This document shows, in pieces, positions 55,489 to 64,000 of a stretch of DNA of 64,000 bases. Positions within the stretch are counted from its first letter, which is position 1; each line of letters opens with the position of its first letter. This DNA is from a virus. The DNA is taken from UHGV virus genome UHGV-1366828, one strand, 5' to 3'. A program made the position numbers and the translations under genes. Below the pieces are notes generated by a model. It was not told the origin of the DNA. It was given only the letters and a program-made list of their open reading frames with translations, and made no database searches.

Positions 55489-58110
55489 TTATAATCTCCT
55501 AACTGTGTCAAGTATCTGCATCATATAGGTTGCGCTGTTGTCATTTGTTGGAATTGTGTTCTGAATCTGTTGTAAAAGAATCTTCATTCCTTCGGGGTCT
55601 AGTTGAAGTATTAAGTTGCTGAGCTGGTCAAATGAAGATTTTTCTAACTCTGCCAACTTTACTCTAATCGGATTTGATTGTGTTTCAAATAGCTCTTTGT
55701 AAATGTCATTGGCACCTGTATTTATCTGCTCGCTCATTCCTGTAATTGCTGTTGTTGCATTTGCAAGGTTTGTAGCGTTAGTTACCAAGTTATTTATTGT
55801 GCTGCTTGCTCCTGTTGTATTGTAGTAAGCACTTGAGCTAAGTCCTTCCACAACAGGGGCTTCATATCCGAATGTAGACCCAGTAATGACAACATCATTA
55901 TAACTCTGCTGTGCAGCTCTGTAGCTACCAGTTAATCCACCGACACCTCCGGAGTATGTAACTCCTCTAATACCTTGTGTATAGTCGGTTCCTCTCATTG
56001 TGAACGGGTCCCAATCAAATCCCATAAGAGATTTATTCTGGCCTGCCATCGTGTCAAACATATTACCGACAGCCGAGCCCAATGCACTCGCAATATTAAA
56101 CGGAAGAGTAAGTATATTTCCTAGAGAGCCGAGGACGCCCATTATGCCTCCGCCGCTTGTGTTGAAAGCAAAGCTAGTATTAGAAATATCCCCAAGAGTT
56201 TCAGACAAACTCGAAAGCATCGGAAGAGCACTAATAACCTTGGTAATCATACCAACTGTGCTGTTCTGTAATCCTACAGCACCTAACAATTGGTCTACAA
56301 ACTGTGTAGCGTACCACGTCATGTACTGGGCATCATTCTGTGCCATATTCATTCCCCAGTTAAACATGAAGTTGTCTGCCATGGTCTGCACTCTTTCAGA
56401 GGCAGCAGTTCTTCCTACTACTGTTTGAAGTTGATTTTTCGTTTCATTTATCGACTGGTCATATGTAGTATTTGACCTGTATATAGCAGAAATATCATTG
56501 TTTGTAAGGTTACTAACAGCTCTTAAGTCTGTTAATGTTATTCCTAAAACATCAGACCACTGTGAACGTAATACCTGATTGTCTGTTGTATTTTCTGCAA
56601 TTGTTCCCAAATAGTCAACCATTGAACGCATTAAATCATTAACATTGGAAGCATTCAATCCCTGCGTTAACAAATCAGAATATGACAGCCCAGCATTCGT
56701 CGCTGACATATTCATTAAAACTGATAATGGTTGGTTACCGTTTAAGGTATTTATGTTACCTGATGCAAGAGCGTTGATGCCGGATGCAATCGAGGCAACA
56801 GCCTGGTCTGATAATCCTACACTATACAAAGATGCAAGCCATTTTTGCACCGCATATGTAAATGATGTAGCATTATTCTTATCCATGCTAGAGATGGAAT
56901 CTGTTAAAGCAGCTAACACGCTGTCATACATTGTGTTAAGATATGATGTATCTTCAAACTGGCTGTTTAAGAATTTTGTTAACTGAGCTTCTGAACCCAA
57001 CTGTGACATTGTAAGGTCTGCTTGTTGAATTCGAATCATACGTTGTAAAGTGTTGTCAAGAACATCAAATGTTGTCACCATTTTGTCCGACAATGTAGCT
57101 AACATAGCTCTTTGTTCTATGTTGTAAGCAATGCCATTTTCAGTTAACTTTGCAACATTCTGCAGTAATTCTTTCTGAGAAACAAATCTACTTGCACCAA
57201 TTGTATTCTGAACATCGTCTGTTATCTGTTTAAAGAACCCTGTTTGAGCTTCCTCACTTTGTAGCCGAGCATCAACTTTACCCATATACTGGTTCTGGAA
57301 GTTTGCTGCTTGAGTAAAGTTTTGTGACATTTTTTTGCTAATGCCAGACACAACATCAAGAATCTTACCAAAGGTAGAAAGTCCTTCTGCAGAACTTGCA
57401 GAGGAGAACCCAGACTCTGCTAATGCCGAGGCATTTCGAGTCTCGTTATCTTTTTGTTCTTGGGCAATACGTTCTCTTGCGGCAGCTCTTTCTTCTTCCG
57501 TACTAGCAGTATCTTCAATAATTGCTTGATTTTCACGAAGAATACGTTGATGAAGTTTTTGGTTTTCTTTCTGTTTCTCTACAAACTTGTTAGCTCTTTG
57601 TTGTGCATTAGCAAACCGTTCTGCTCTTGTTGCATTTTCCTGTGCGCCTTTTGCTATATGCTCGTCTATTTTTACTTGACGTTTCTTTGCATTTTCAAGC
57701 AGCAGTTGTGTGCTAAGAGACTGTTGGTCTAGAGCTTTCAGTTTCTCATTTATTTCAGCACGTTGATTTTCATCTTCTACTTGGTCTCTTTGCAATTTCA
57801 GCATATACTCTTTTTGCTGTTGCTGTTTCTGTTGGTTTTGTAAGTATTCTATATTCTGTTTATTTATTGCAGCCTGTTGATTTAGCTCAAGGTTTGCTAA
57901 TTGATAACGTTGACGAGCTCTCACAGCACGCTCTATTTCAAACTTCTGCGTATCCGTCAATGTTTTACCAATCTTTTCTTGTAGCTTTGCCTGGTCCGCC
58001 AACGCCTTGTTAATCATTTGTTGTGTCTTAGCTTCAGAAGCAAAGTCAGCAGCTTTTCGTTGGTTGGAGGCTTCTATTCGATCCATCAAATCGTCTACAT
58101 TAAAGGCCAT
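55489..58110 (-). CDS. tail tape measure protein
   Basis: 873 aa; long N-terminal Q/E/K-rich coiled coil; Gly/Ala/Ser-rich hydrophobic middle; position after the chaperone. Confidence 0.55.
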   Translation of the reverse strand: MAFNVDDLMDRIEASNQRKAADFASEAKTQQMINKALADQAKLQEKIGKTLTDTQKFEIERAVRARQRYQLANLELNQQAAINKQNIEYLQNQQKQQQQKEYMLKLQRDQVEDENQRAEINEKLKALDQQSLSTQLLLENAKKRQVKIDEHIAKGAQENATRAERFANAQQRANKFVEKQKENQKLHQRILRENQAIIEDTASTEEERAAARERIAQEQKDNETRNASALAESGFSSASSAEGLSTFGKILDVVSGISKKMSQNFTQAANFQNQYMGKVDARLQSEEAQTGFFKQITDDVQNTIGASRFVSQKELLQNVAKLTENGIAYNIEQRAMLATLSDKMVTTFDVLDNTLQRMIRIQQADLTMSQLGSEAQLTKFLNSQFEDTSYLNTMYDSVLAALTDSISSMDKNNATSFTYAVQKWLASLYSVGLSDQAVASIASGINALASGNINTLNGNQPLSVLMNMSATNAGLSYSDLLTQGLNASNVNDLMRSMVDYLGTIAENTTDNQVLRSQWSDVLGITLTDLRAVSNLTNNDISAIYRSNTTYDQSINETKNQLQTVVGRTAASERVQTMADNFMFNWGMNMAQNDAQYMTWYATQFVDQLLGAVGLQNSTVGMITKVISALPMLSSLSETLGDISNTSFAFNTSGGGIMGVLGSLGNILTLPFNIASALGSAVGNMFDTMAGQNKSLMGFDWDPFTMRGTDYTQGIRGVTYSGGVGGLTGSYRAAQQSYNDVVITGSTFGYEAPVVEGLSSSAYYNTTGASSTINNLVTNATNLANATTAITGMSEQINTGANDIYKELFETQSNPIRVKLAELEKSSFDQLSNLILQLDPEGMKILLQQIQNTIPTNDNSATYMMQILDTVRRL

Positions 58111-58130
58111 CTATATATCACCTGCCGTGG

Positions 58131-58374
58131 CTAACGTTTATTTTTGCTTGCGGCTTCTCGTTTATGTTTCTCAATCAATTCTTGTTGCTGTTGTAAATCT
58201 TGAATAATCAGTTGTAACAGAATTTCTCTTTCTGTGGGTGTTATGTCTTTTGTGTCGTTATATGAAGTGTGTGTATTTTTTGAAATCAGATAACGTTCGT
58301 TTACGATGTCTCTAAATCTTACTGGGGCATATAACTTATTCTCCTTTTCAGATATCCAGAGAGGGTCGAAAAAA
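58131..58374 (-). CDS. +1-frame C-terminal extension of the tail assembly chaperone (T-like part of a G/GT-type frameshift pair)
   Basis: ~80-codon open frame with no start codon, overlapping the last 13 codons of 58348..59124; candidate shift site UUU_UUU_CGA (plus 58366-58374). Confidence 0.35.
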
Positions 58375-59124
58375 CTCTCTGTCAGCTCTTAGGCTGACGT
58401 TATAATCAAGACCGCAGACATCGCACATACAATGAAGTGTGTTGTCTACACCGAAAGAGCTGTTTGCTTTGTCTGCATATACAAGTATTGTATTGGTGTC
58501 CGCCATTGGAAGATTCTTCACCCATTCAGTAATCTTTACTGGGTTTACGGGAGATCCATCAATACTCTTTATCAACTCTTGAATTGTAAACACCGTTGTG
58601 TAGTCAACTGTTTGTCCGCTCTTCTTCCGATACTCTTTTGCGTTATACTGCGCGCTGTCTACCATACGAGGGGTCTGTAGATATATTTCAATCTTACTTT
58701 TTGTCATTGGAAGTTCAAACGAAAGGTACTTTGAAACCTCTTCTTGGTTGTATGCTTTTAACGGTAATTTTGTAAGATCTATGGTATCTACATTACCACA
58801 GCCACAATAAGGACAAGTTGTGCTTAGCTTATAGTTATTTCCGTATGTAACTACACGGAGCATATACAACAAAAATCGGTAGTCCGCAAGACACATATCG
58901 CGACTTGAAATGTTACAAGGAGAAATAATACAGTCGTCGATAATCTCACAAATGTTCTTATATGGCATATCAGAAGGAGAGAGTCGTTTCATCTCTTCTT
59001 GTGTTGTCATAGAACGAAGTGTGATGTCTGGGCCTACCAGTTCACTATATATTTTACCTTCACTGGGAAGAGTAAAAGTCTGATTGATTGTGTAATCTTT
59101 TTGATTCATTTGACCATTCTCCAT
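58348..59124 (-). CDS. tail assembly chaperone (G-like), between the tube and tape measure genes
   Basis: position; Cys cluster CPYCGCGNV; see frameshift extension. Confidence 0.4.
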   Translation of the reverse strand: MENGQMNQKDYTINQTFTLPSEGKIYSELVGPDITLRSMTTQEEMKRLSPSDMPYKNICEIIDDCIISPCNISSRDMCLADYRFLLYMLRVVTYGNNYKLSTTCPYCGCGNVDTIDLTKLPLKAYNQEEVSKYLSFELPMTKSKIEIYLQTPRMVDSAQYNAKEYRKKSGQTVDYTTVFTIQELIKSIDGSPVNPVKITEWVKNLPMADTNTILVYADKANSSFGVDNTLHCMCDVCGLDYNVSLRADREFFRPSLDI

Positions 59125-59280
59125 ATAAAATAATATTTAGTTAAATAAATTATCTTATATATCAATGTCAAATGTTATCTTAACAATTTATAACGTTATC
59201 TTGATATATAAAATAATAGGTAATCCCTTAAGGAAATCATATTCATGACTGTCCCTATTACTTTATACAATTTAATTCAA

Positions 59281-59889
59281 TTAGATGTCAGCATCCAACT
59301 TAGCGTGGTCATACTGAATTGTTGCAGAAACTTTACGAGCAGAGTTGCCATTGTCGCTGTCAAAGTCGTCTTCTGACAGACCGCTAATCCAGCAACCGTA
59401 AAGTGTCCAGCTTCTAACAACTTGATAATCAGGGCTATACTCAATAAGAGTACAATTCTTCTTGTAGTCCTGAACCAGGCCCACCTTTTCCGTAATTACA
59501 TTGTAGGAAAGGTTCTGCCATGCCATTAAGTAGTCTTTTGTTCCAGCTCCGATGTAATCGTTTACAATCAGGCTTCCTTCTCCGAATGTCGGGACTCCCG
59601 CGTACTTCAGGAGGTTGTTACCTCTACGAACCTGAATTACTTCCTGCGTGAAGTGAGGAACAGATGCTCTAGTAACTGACATACGAATAATCTCTTGACC
59701 CTTTTGCAGCTTCGTCATGTTACTGTCGTTACTGCTAGCAGGTTGAAGGTTGTCAAAATCAGAGATTAGAAACTCGAAGTTATTAGAACGAGCAATTTCG
59801 TATAGGTTCGGATTGTCTGCAAGATTGTAAGTACCGATAGCAAAATTGGAGCTAACATCAACTGTACTGGGATTGTATTTGATACTCAT
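59281..59889 (-). CDS. tail tube protein
   Basis: directly follows the sheath gene; C-terminus WTLYGCWISGLSEDDFDSDNG...ATIQYDHAKL resembles the gp19-type tube signature. Confidence 0.55.
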   Translation of the reverse strand: MSIKYNPSTVDVSSNFAIGTYNLADNPNLYEIARSNNFEFLISDFDNLQPASSNDSNMTKLQKGQEIIRMSVTRASVPHFTQEVIQVRRGNNLLKYAGVPTFGEGSLIVNDYIGAGTKDYLMAWQNLSYNVITEKVGLVQDYKKNCTLIEYSPDYQVVRSWTLYGCWISGLSEDDFDSDNGNSARKVSATIQYDHAKLDADI

Positions 59890-59912
59890 ATTATTCTATC
59901 CTCCTTATCCCG

Positions 59913-61253
59913 TTACGCCACAGTCACGTCATCGTCGGTCATGTAAACCGTGATATCAAAGCTCTCAACAGCGTAAATCGGATAAATGCGAATCGATGCG
60001 CTAATCTTCGTCGGACTGTCGGAAGTATTACGGATAATTCTATATCCAGAAATTCCACTACCAGAAACCATCTGGTCAAGCAGCGGAGTCAGATAAGACT
60101 TGAAGTTTGTCCACAGTGTAGCGGTATTCTGCTCGTACAGAAGATTGATGCAAGCAGTGTAAATCTGCTTCTTAACATCACACGTAAGGTTACGAAGATT
60201 CAGATAAGACATTGCCTGAAGGCCTAATGTACCGTTCTGTCTGAGAGTTCTGTTACCCCAGATGCAATATCCATAAGGCTTGATACGAGTGATGGCGTTA
60301 ACATAGATGCCGTTAAGAGATGTGCTAGTACCGAAATTCTGATAGCCATCTGCAATAGCATTTGTTAACACTTCATTTGTATGAAGTTCTTTAAGTCCCG
60401 GAACAAGTCCTCTGCTAACACCCGCCACGACATTCCAGTTATAGTTGGTTTGAAGTGATTGAGCAAGAGATGTCAGATAAGCAAATGAACCAGGAAGACT
60501 TACTGCTGAATAGTTGTCGTTTGTGTAAACTGCTTGCGGATAAATCGCCCAAGGAGTAAACATTGCTCCGAATGCGCCGTTAGTGAAGCTATTTGAGTAA
60601 GTATTATTCAATGCGTAAACAACAGAGGTTGTTGCTGATGCACTTAATGCTCTTCCAGGATTGTCTGTATGGTCAATGAGAGCGACAGCATCTCCACGAG
60701 TGGCACAGATACTTAGCATATCAATAACAATACTGTTAGTCTCGTACTCGAATACAGGATATCCGCCTGAGGTCAGATACTTGAAATCAAAGTCGCCTTT
60801 ACTGATTAGATTTGTTGTAGCTGCTGCATACAGTGTTGACAGCTGAGCATAAAGGTCTTTTGCAGTTCCTGTAAACTTACCATTTTCATTGATCTGCTCA
60901 TCTGTATTTATCTTACAGTAGACAACCTGTAACCCCTGAGACAGAAGCTTGGCTGCATAAATCCAAGACGGATCAGGTTCATCTGCATCAAATAGATTAC
61001 CTTCTGCGGGAACAGCGTTTGTTGCAAAACCTTTTAAGTCGCCAAACACATCATAAGCAGACGCTGCATTAAACAACACCGGGAAAGAACCGAAGGCGGT
61101 GTAGAACTCTGAAAGCGTGCTGCAAGCAACAGGAGCATACTGTTCAACGGTTTTTACAGAAGACAATCCAGGGATAAAAACAATGTCTGTATTAGAAAGG
61201 GCTTCAACCGATTGTGTTAAGTCCTTTTCAGAAATATTTATTCTGAGAGCCAT
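59913..61253 (-). CDS. contractile tail sheath protein
   Basis: IVFIPG...PVACSTLSEFYTAFG (cf. P.lVts..eF...FG), YAAKLLSQGLQVVYCKIN, GDAVALIDHTDNP sheath-family blocks. Confidence 0.6.
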   Translation of the reverse strand: MALRINISEKDLTQSVEALSNTDIVFIPGLSSVKTVEQYAPVACSTLSEFYTAFGSFPVLFNAASAYDVFGDLKGFATNAVPAEGNLFDADEPDPSWIYAAKLLSQGLQVVYCKINTDEQINENGKFTGTAKDLYAQLSTLYAAATTNLISKGDFDFKYLTSGGYPVFEYETNSIVIDMLSICATRGDAVALIDHTDNPGRALSASATTSVVYALNNTYSNSFTNGAFGAMFTPWAIYPQAVYTNDNYSAVSLPGSFAYLTSLAQSLQTNYNWNVVAGVSRGLVPGLKELHTNEVLTNAIADGYQNFGTSTSLNGIYVNAITRIKPYGYCIWGNRTLRQNGTLGLQAMSYLNLRNLTCDVKKQIYTACINLLYEQNTATLWTNFKSYLTPLLDQMVSGSGISGYRIIRNTSDSPTKISASIRIYPIYAVESFDITVYMTDDDVTVA

Positions 61254-61264
61254 TTATTGTCTCC

Positions 61265-61903
61265 TTAATCTATATTGATTGTTTCTTTAATAAAAGTTTT
61301 CTCGTCCGGGTTTCTTACGTATAGCATATTTTCATCTTCAATTGTGAGGTTATTTGCTACACGAAGATCCCACAGATAAGCGTCGTCTATATTTACTGTA
61401 ACAGATAATCTAGTAAACTGTCCGTTAAATAAACGAATAGAAGTATTCGATGTATCCATTACGTCAGAGTTAATTCGTATGTTGGCGTTATGTTTGAAAT
61501 TTATGTCCCTATACGGAATGATAATACTTAGGGTGGGGTAGTTGATAATATTAAATACAAGATTTCTCATGTACATATCAGCTTCTTTTTGATACCGAGT
61601 ATATATATCAAATTGATACTGAATGTTTATAGGTACCTGAGCCAACATAGAAGCTGTCTTTTCTCCTTGGACAACTTTTATGCCGTTATACGTTGTAGGC
61701 TTCTTATTTGTATTTGATATTGTATATCCCTTGGGTCTTGTTACTGTAAGTATTGGAAGTTTTATAGGGCTGTCCTTAGTCTCATCTGCAACAACTTGAA
61801 AAAGGTCTCGAATTTCATCAACACCATATACGTGGAGGTTTGTTTTTTCTGTCCAATACTTTATCTTACTTAGTAAAGCATCGTCATACAGATATACGCT
61901 CAT
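61265..61903 (-). CDS. tail completion/neck protein, hypothetical
   Basis: ORF track; ATGA overlap with the upstream gene. Confidence 0.4.
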   Translation of the reverse strand: MSVYLYDDALLSKIKYWTEKTNLHVYGVDEIRDLFQVVADETKDSPIKLPILTVTRPKGYTISNTNKKPTTYNGIKVVQGEKTASMLAQVPINIQYQFDIYTRYQKEADMYMRNLVFNIINYPTLSIIIPYRDINFKHNANIRINSDVMDTSNTSIRLFNGQFTRLSVTVNIDDAYLWDLRVANNLTIEDENMLYVRNPDEKTFIKETINID

Positions 61904-62442
61904 TTACCCTCCTCGTTAAATGTTGGATATTCAAACATTGAATCATTCTCCTGATTTAGAAGATTGAAACTTGAATCAGAATAATCTTCAATTTCCGTCT
62001 TCACTAGTGTATCTTCATACTCTGGAGCGATTTCACAAGCTACTGAAGAGGGAAAAATCATAATGTTTGAAATCTTTATTACTCTAAACAATCTGCCTTC
62101 ACTGTTATCAAGTCCTCCCGGAACAACAAATAAAGCTCCTTGTTGTAAATCTGGCAAGTCATATCTAACATGAATAATAGAGCTTGTATCTTGTAATTCA
62201 GATACCCAACCTAATTTCTTCAATGTTTGTTGCGATGGGTAGTCTTCAAAGATGCAATATTCCAACATAGGCTTCTGGTAGTTACTTTCTATTTCAGCAT
62301 ATGTTGTATAGTGTTTATCTTTAGCAGGAGCTCTATAGATAACACGTATTCCAAGAAGTTTTGCCATTTCTTTGAAATACATACGATGTAGTTTTGTATT
62401 AGAATTAACTAATAACCCATAATTTTCATCATACGGGGTCAT
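61900..62442 (-). CDS. tail/neck protein, hypothetical
   Basis: ORF track. Confidence 0.4.
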   Translation of the reverse strand: MTPYDENYGLLVNSNTKLHRMYFKEMAKLLGIRVIYRAPAKDKHYTTYAEIESNYQKPMLEYCIFEDYPSQQTLKKLGWVSELQDTSSIIHVRYDLPDLQQGALFVVPGGLDNSEGRLFRVIKISNIMIFPSSVACEIAPEYEDTLVKTEIEDYSDSSFNLLNQENDSMFEYPTFNEEGK

Positions 62443-62491
62443 CTATAACACCTACCTTACTAAATTAAAATCTCTTTGTAAATAGTTAACG

Positions 62492-63811
62492 TCACTTAGA
62501 ATTGGCGCCTGTTTTTCTCTTAGAATCGGGGGACCGTTGACCTTCGCCCGCAAGAATAAAATCATACACATATTTCAAAGCTGCATAATGATTTTTCTTT
62601 GCTTGAAGAACCTGAAGGAACTGCTGCGCCTTTGCGCCACCCTTATCAGCGAGAATGTCCCGGCAAGCCTTTACCAGCTCTTCTTTAGAAGCTGCACCGT
62701 CAATTGCTTCCTTGTTGTCTAGAAGAAGCTTATTGATGCTGTTTCCTTTTTCAGACAAGTTAACTTCTTGAGCTTCTGTAAGAGAATTAGTTTTTAAAGT
62801 CCCGTAAATTCTAGTTGATTTACCAGCTTCGTTCTTTGTCATATAGTTGTAATTGAATCTTTCAGTAATGAATGATTTATTCTCATTAAGTGTGCCCGTA
62901 AGGGTAAATGCTTTACGACCTCTGGTAATATTCTTATTCTCGCCAATGAAACGTAACTTGTTATTCTTTGTAGCAGTTTTTGCTTCAAAGACAAACTTTG
63001 TGGGCTTCATCTTACCAGAGTTGAACTTAATCAAACCTTCAACAACTAATGTATTTCCCTGTGAAGAAACGTCTGTTGTTTTATATGAACTCACGTTTTC
63101 ATAAACGGCTTTAAGATACGCTTCTCCTAACTCATCAAAAGAATCTGAATCAAAATCTTCAACATCGTAGTCAACTTCATCTTCAGGCCAAGGACTTTCC
63201 TCAGTTTCCTCAATCGTGTCCGCTACTTCTGTTGGAACAGGAGCAAGAACTTCTGCTTCTTCTTCAGTATCTTTAACAGGTTCAGCTTCAATTGTAAGTT
63301 TTCCGTCATCATCAGCATCCAGTGTAACCTTTTGATCTTCAGTAGCGACTTCTACGGTTTCAAATTCTTCTGTGAGTTCTTCGTCAACATGTTCTTCGGA
63401 CTCTTTTTCTTCTTCAGAAGAGTCCTCCTTCTCATCTTCCTGTTCGTCTTCTTCGTCTTTTCCCTCTTCGAACGGACTTACAATACCAATTACTTTAAAG
63501 CCCTCGGAAGTGTAACAATAGGGGCATTCTTCCCCAACATTGACAAGCTCTTCTACGTCGTCCTTAACAATATCCTCCAGCTTTTTATATACCATGGAGT
63601 TACAAACAGGGCAGTGAAGAATTACTTTCCCGATATAAGTATCTTGCAATTCATCCTCAGTTTCCGCCTCTGGATCAATTACGTCTTGAGAGGGAGTACC
63701 GGGGTCTGCTAAAAGTTGCCCCATATCGTCAATGGAGTCAGTATTATATAGCGAAAAGTCCTCTTCCGTAAGAAAGTCTAATTTCTTGAAAGCTTCGCTC
63801 AGATAATTCAT
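62492..63811 (-). CDS. highly acidic protein with N-terminal CPVC...CPYC zinc ribbon
   Basis: long D/E-rich tract (EEGKDEEDEQEDEKEDSSEEEKESEEH...); GAGGAGAT SD. Confidence 0.45.
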   Translation of the reverse strand: MNYLSEAFKKLDFLTEEDFSLYNTDSIDDMGQLLADPGTPSQDVIDPEAETEDELQDTYIGKVILHCPVCNSMVYKKLEDIVKDDVEELVNVGEECPYCYTSEGFKVIGIVSPFEEGKDEEDEQEDEKEDSSEEEKESEEHVDEELTEEFETVEVATEDQKVTLDADDDGKLTIEAEPVKDTEEEAEVLAPVPTEVADTIEETEESPWPEDEVDYDVEDFDSDSFDELGEAYLKAVYENVSSYKTTDVSSQGNTLVVEGLIKFNSGKMKPTKFVFEAKTATKNNKLRFIGENKNITRGRKAFTLTGTLNENKSFITERFNYNYMTKNEAGKSTRIYGTLKTNSLTEAQEVNLSEKGNSINKLLLDNKEAIDGAASKEELVKACRDILADKGGAKAQQFLQVLQAKKNHYAALKYVYDFILAGEGQRSPDSKRKTGANSK

Positions 63812-63852
63812 TTATTAAATCTCCTCGTCTATTTATCCGAATAATTATCCGA

Positions 63853-64000
63853 CGTCATCAATCAACCGCATTGTAGAAAAGGGCTGTGTTTGACGACAAC
63901 GTTTGTCTTAACTCTTGCAGCTCAGAGGTTCCTTCAGCTAGAATATCTCGACCGTCTTGCGTCCATATTGCATTCGACTGTGTGTACCTACTACGAACTC
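63853..64000 (-). CDS. C-terminal fragment of a gene continuing beyond the window (...TQDGRDILAEGTSELQELRQTLSSNTALFYNAVD*)
   Basis: open minus-strand frame from the window edge to TGA at ~63853; below ORF-track length cutoff. Confidence 0.3.

Noticed and set aside
1-64000. Genome-wide TAG-to-Gln stop-codon recoding suggested by the in-frame TAG in polA
   Set aside because: Structural ORFs of 1524, 1659, 961 and 873 codons are uninterrupted by TAG. Recoding, if any, is local (read-through or suppression of a single site) or the TAG is intronic or erroneous.
1-64000. tRNA or other structured RNA genes in intergenic gaps
   Set aside because: No cloverleaf-compatible segments were evident by eye in the few gaps over 100 nt. 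This cannot be excluded without tRNAscan or Infernal.

Overview
This 64-kb window is a contiguous stretch of a large, virulent-type tailed dsDNA phage genome with a contractile tail (myovirus-like). Every supported gene is on the minus strand; no plus-strand ORF is convincing. In transcription order (high to low coordinate) the window contains: (i) a partial gene at the right edge, neck/tail-completion genes, tail sheath, tail tube, and a tail-assembly chaperone with a candidate programmed +1 frameshift; then tape measure, a tail-associated lysin (lysozyme-like plus NlpC/P60), a collagen-like repeat-rich giant fibre, gp25-like and gpJ/gp6-like baseplate proteins. (ii) An SNF2-family helicase interrupted by a 401-aa LAGLIDADG intein. 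(iii) About 35 small early or accessory genes: many zinc-ribbon paralogs, two DUF4406-like proteins, a Lar-like restriction-alleviation protein, a radical-SAM/P-loop-kinase coupled pair, a tandem paralog triplet, and the holin/endolysin pair. (iv) The replication module: a PNK-like kinase fused to an HD phosphohydrolase, a DnaC-like loader, DnaB helicase with a 350-aa LAGLIDADG intein, DnaG-like primase, gp32-like SSB, and a family-A DNA polymerase. The polymerase is interrupted by an ORF-less group I intron exactly at PNL|QNIP, followed by a second discontinuity with an in-frame TAG at the conserved motif-A Gln codon. (v) The most unusual block is a promoter-driven operon: small membrane protein, YhhQ-family queuosine-precursor transporter, NDT/DNPH1-like protein, DpdA-like 7-deazaguanine DNA transglycosylase, and an SDR oxidoreductase. 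It suggests a salvage-fed 7-deazaguanine DNA modification system with no preQ0 biosynthesis genes in the window. (vi) Sliding clamp, RecU, a free-standing homing-endonuclease-like gene, RecA, a PD-(D/E)xK nuclease and an HD hydrolase. Firmicutes-phage flavour (RecU, SPO1/A511-type tail lysin, AGGAGG-type SD sequences, TTGAAn-N17-TATAAT promoters). All family calls rest on motif reading by eye; no searches were run.
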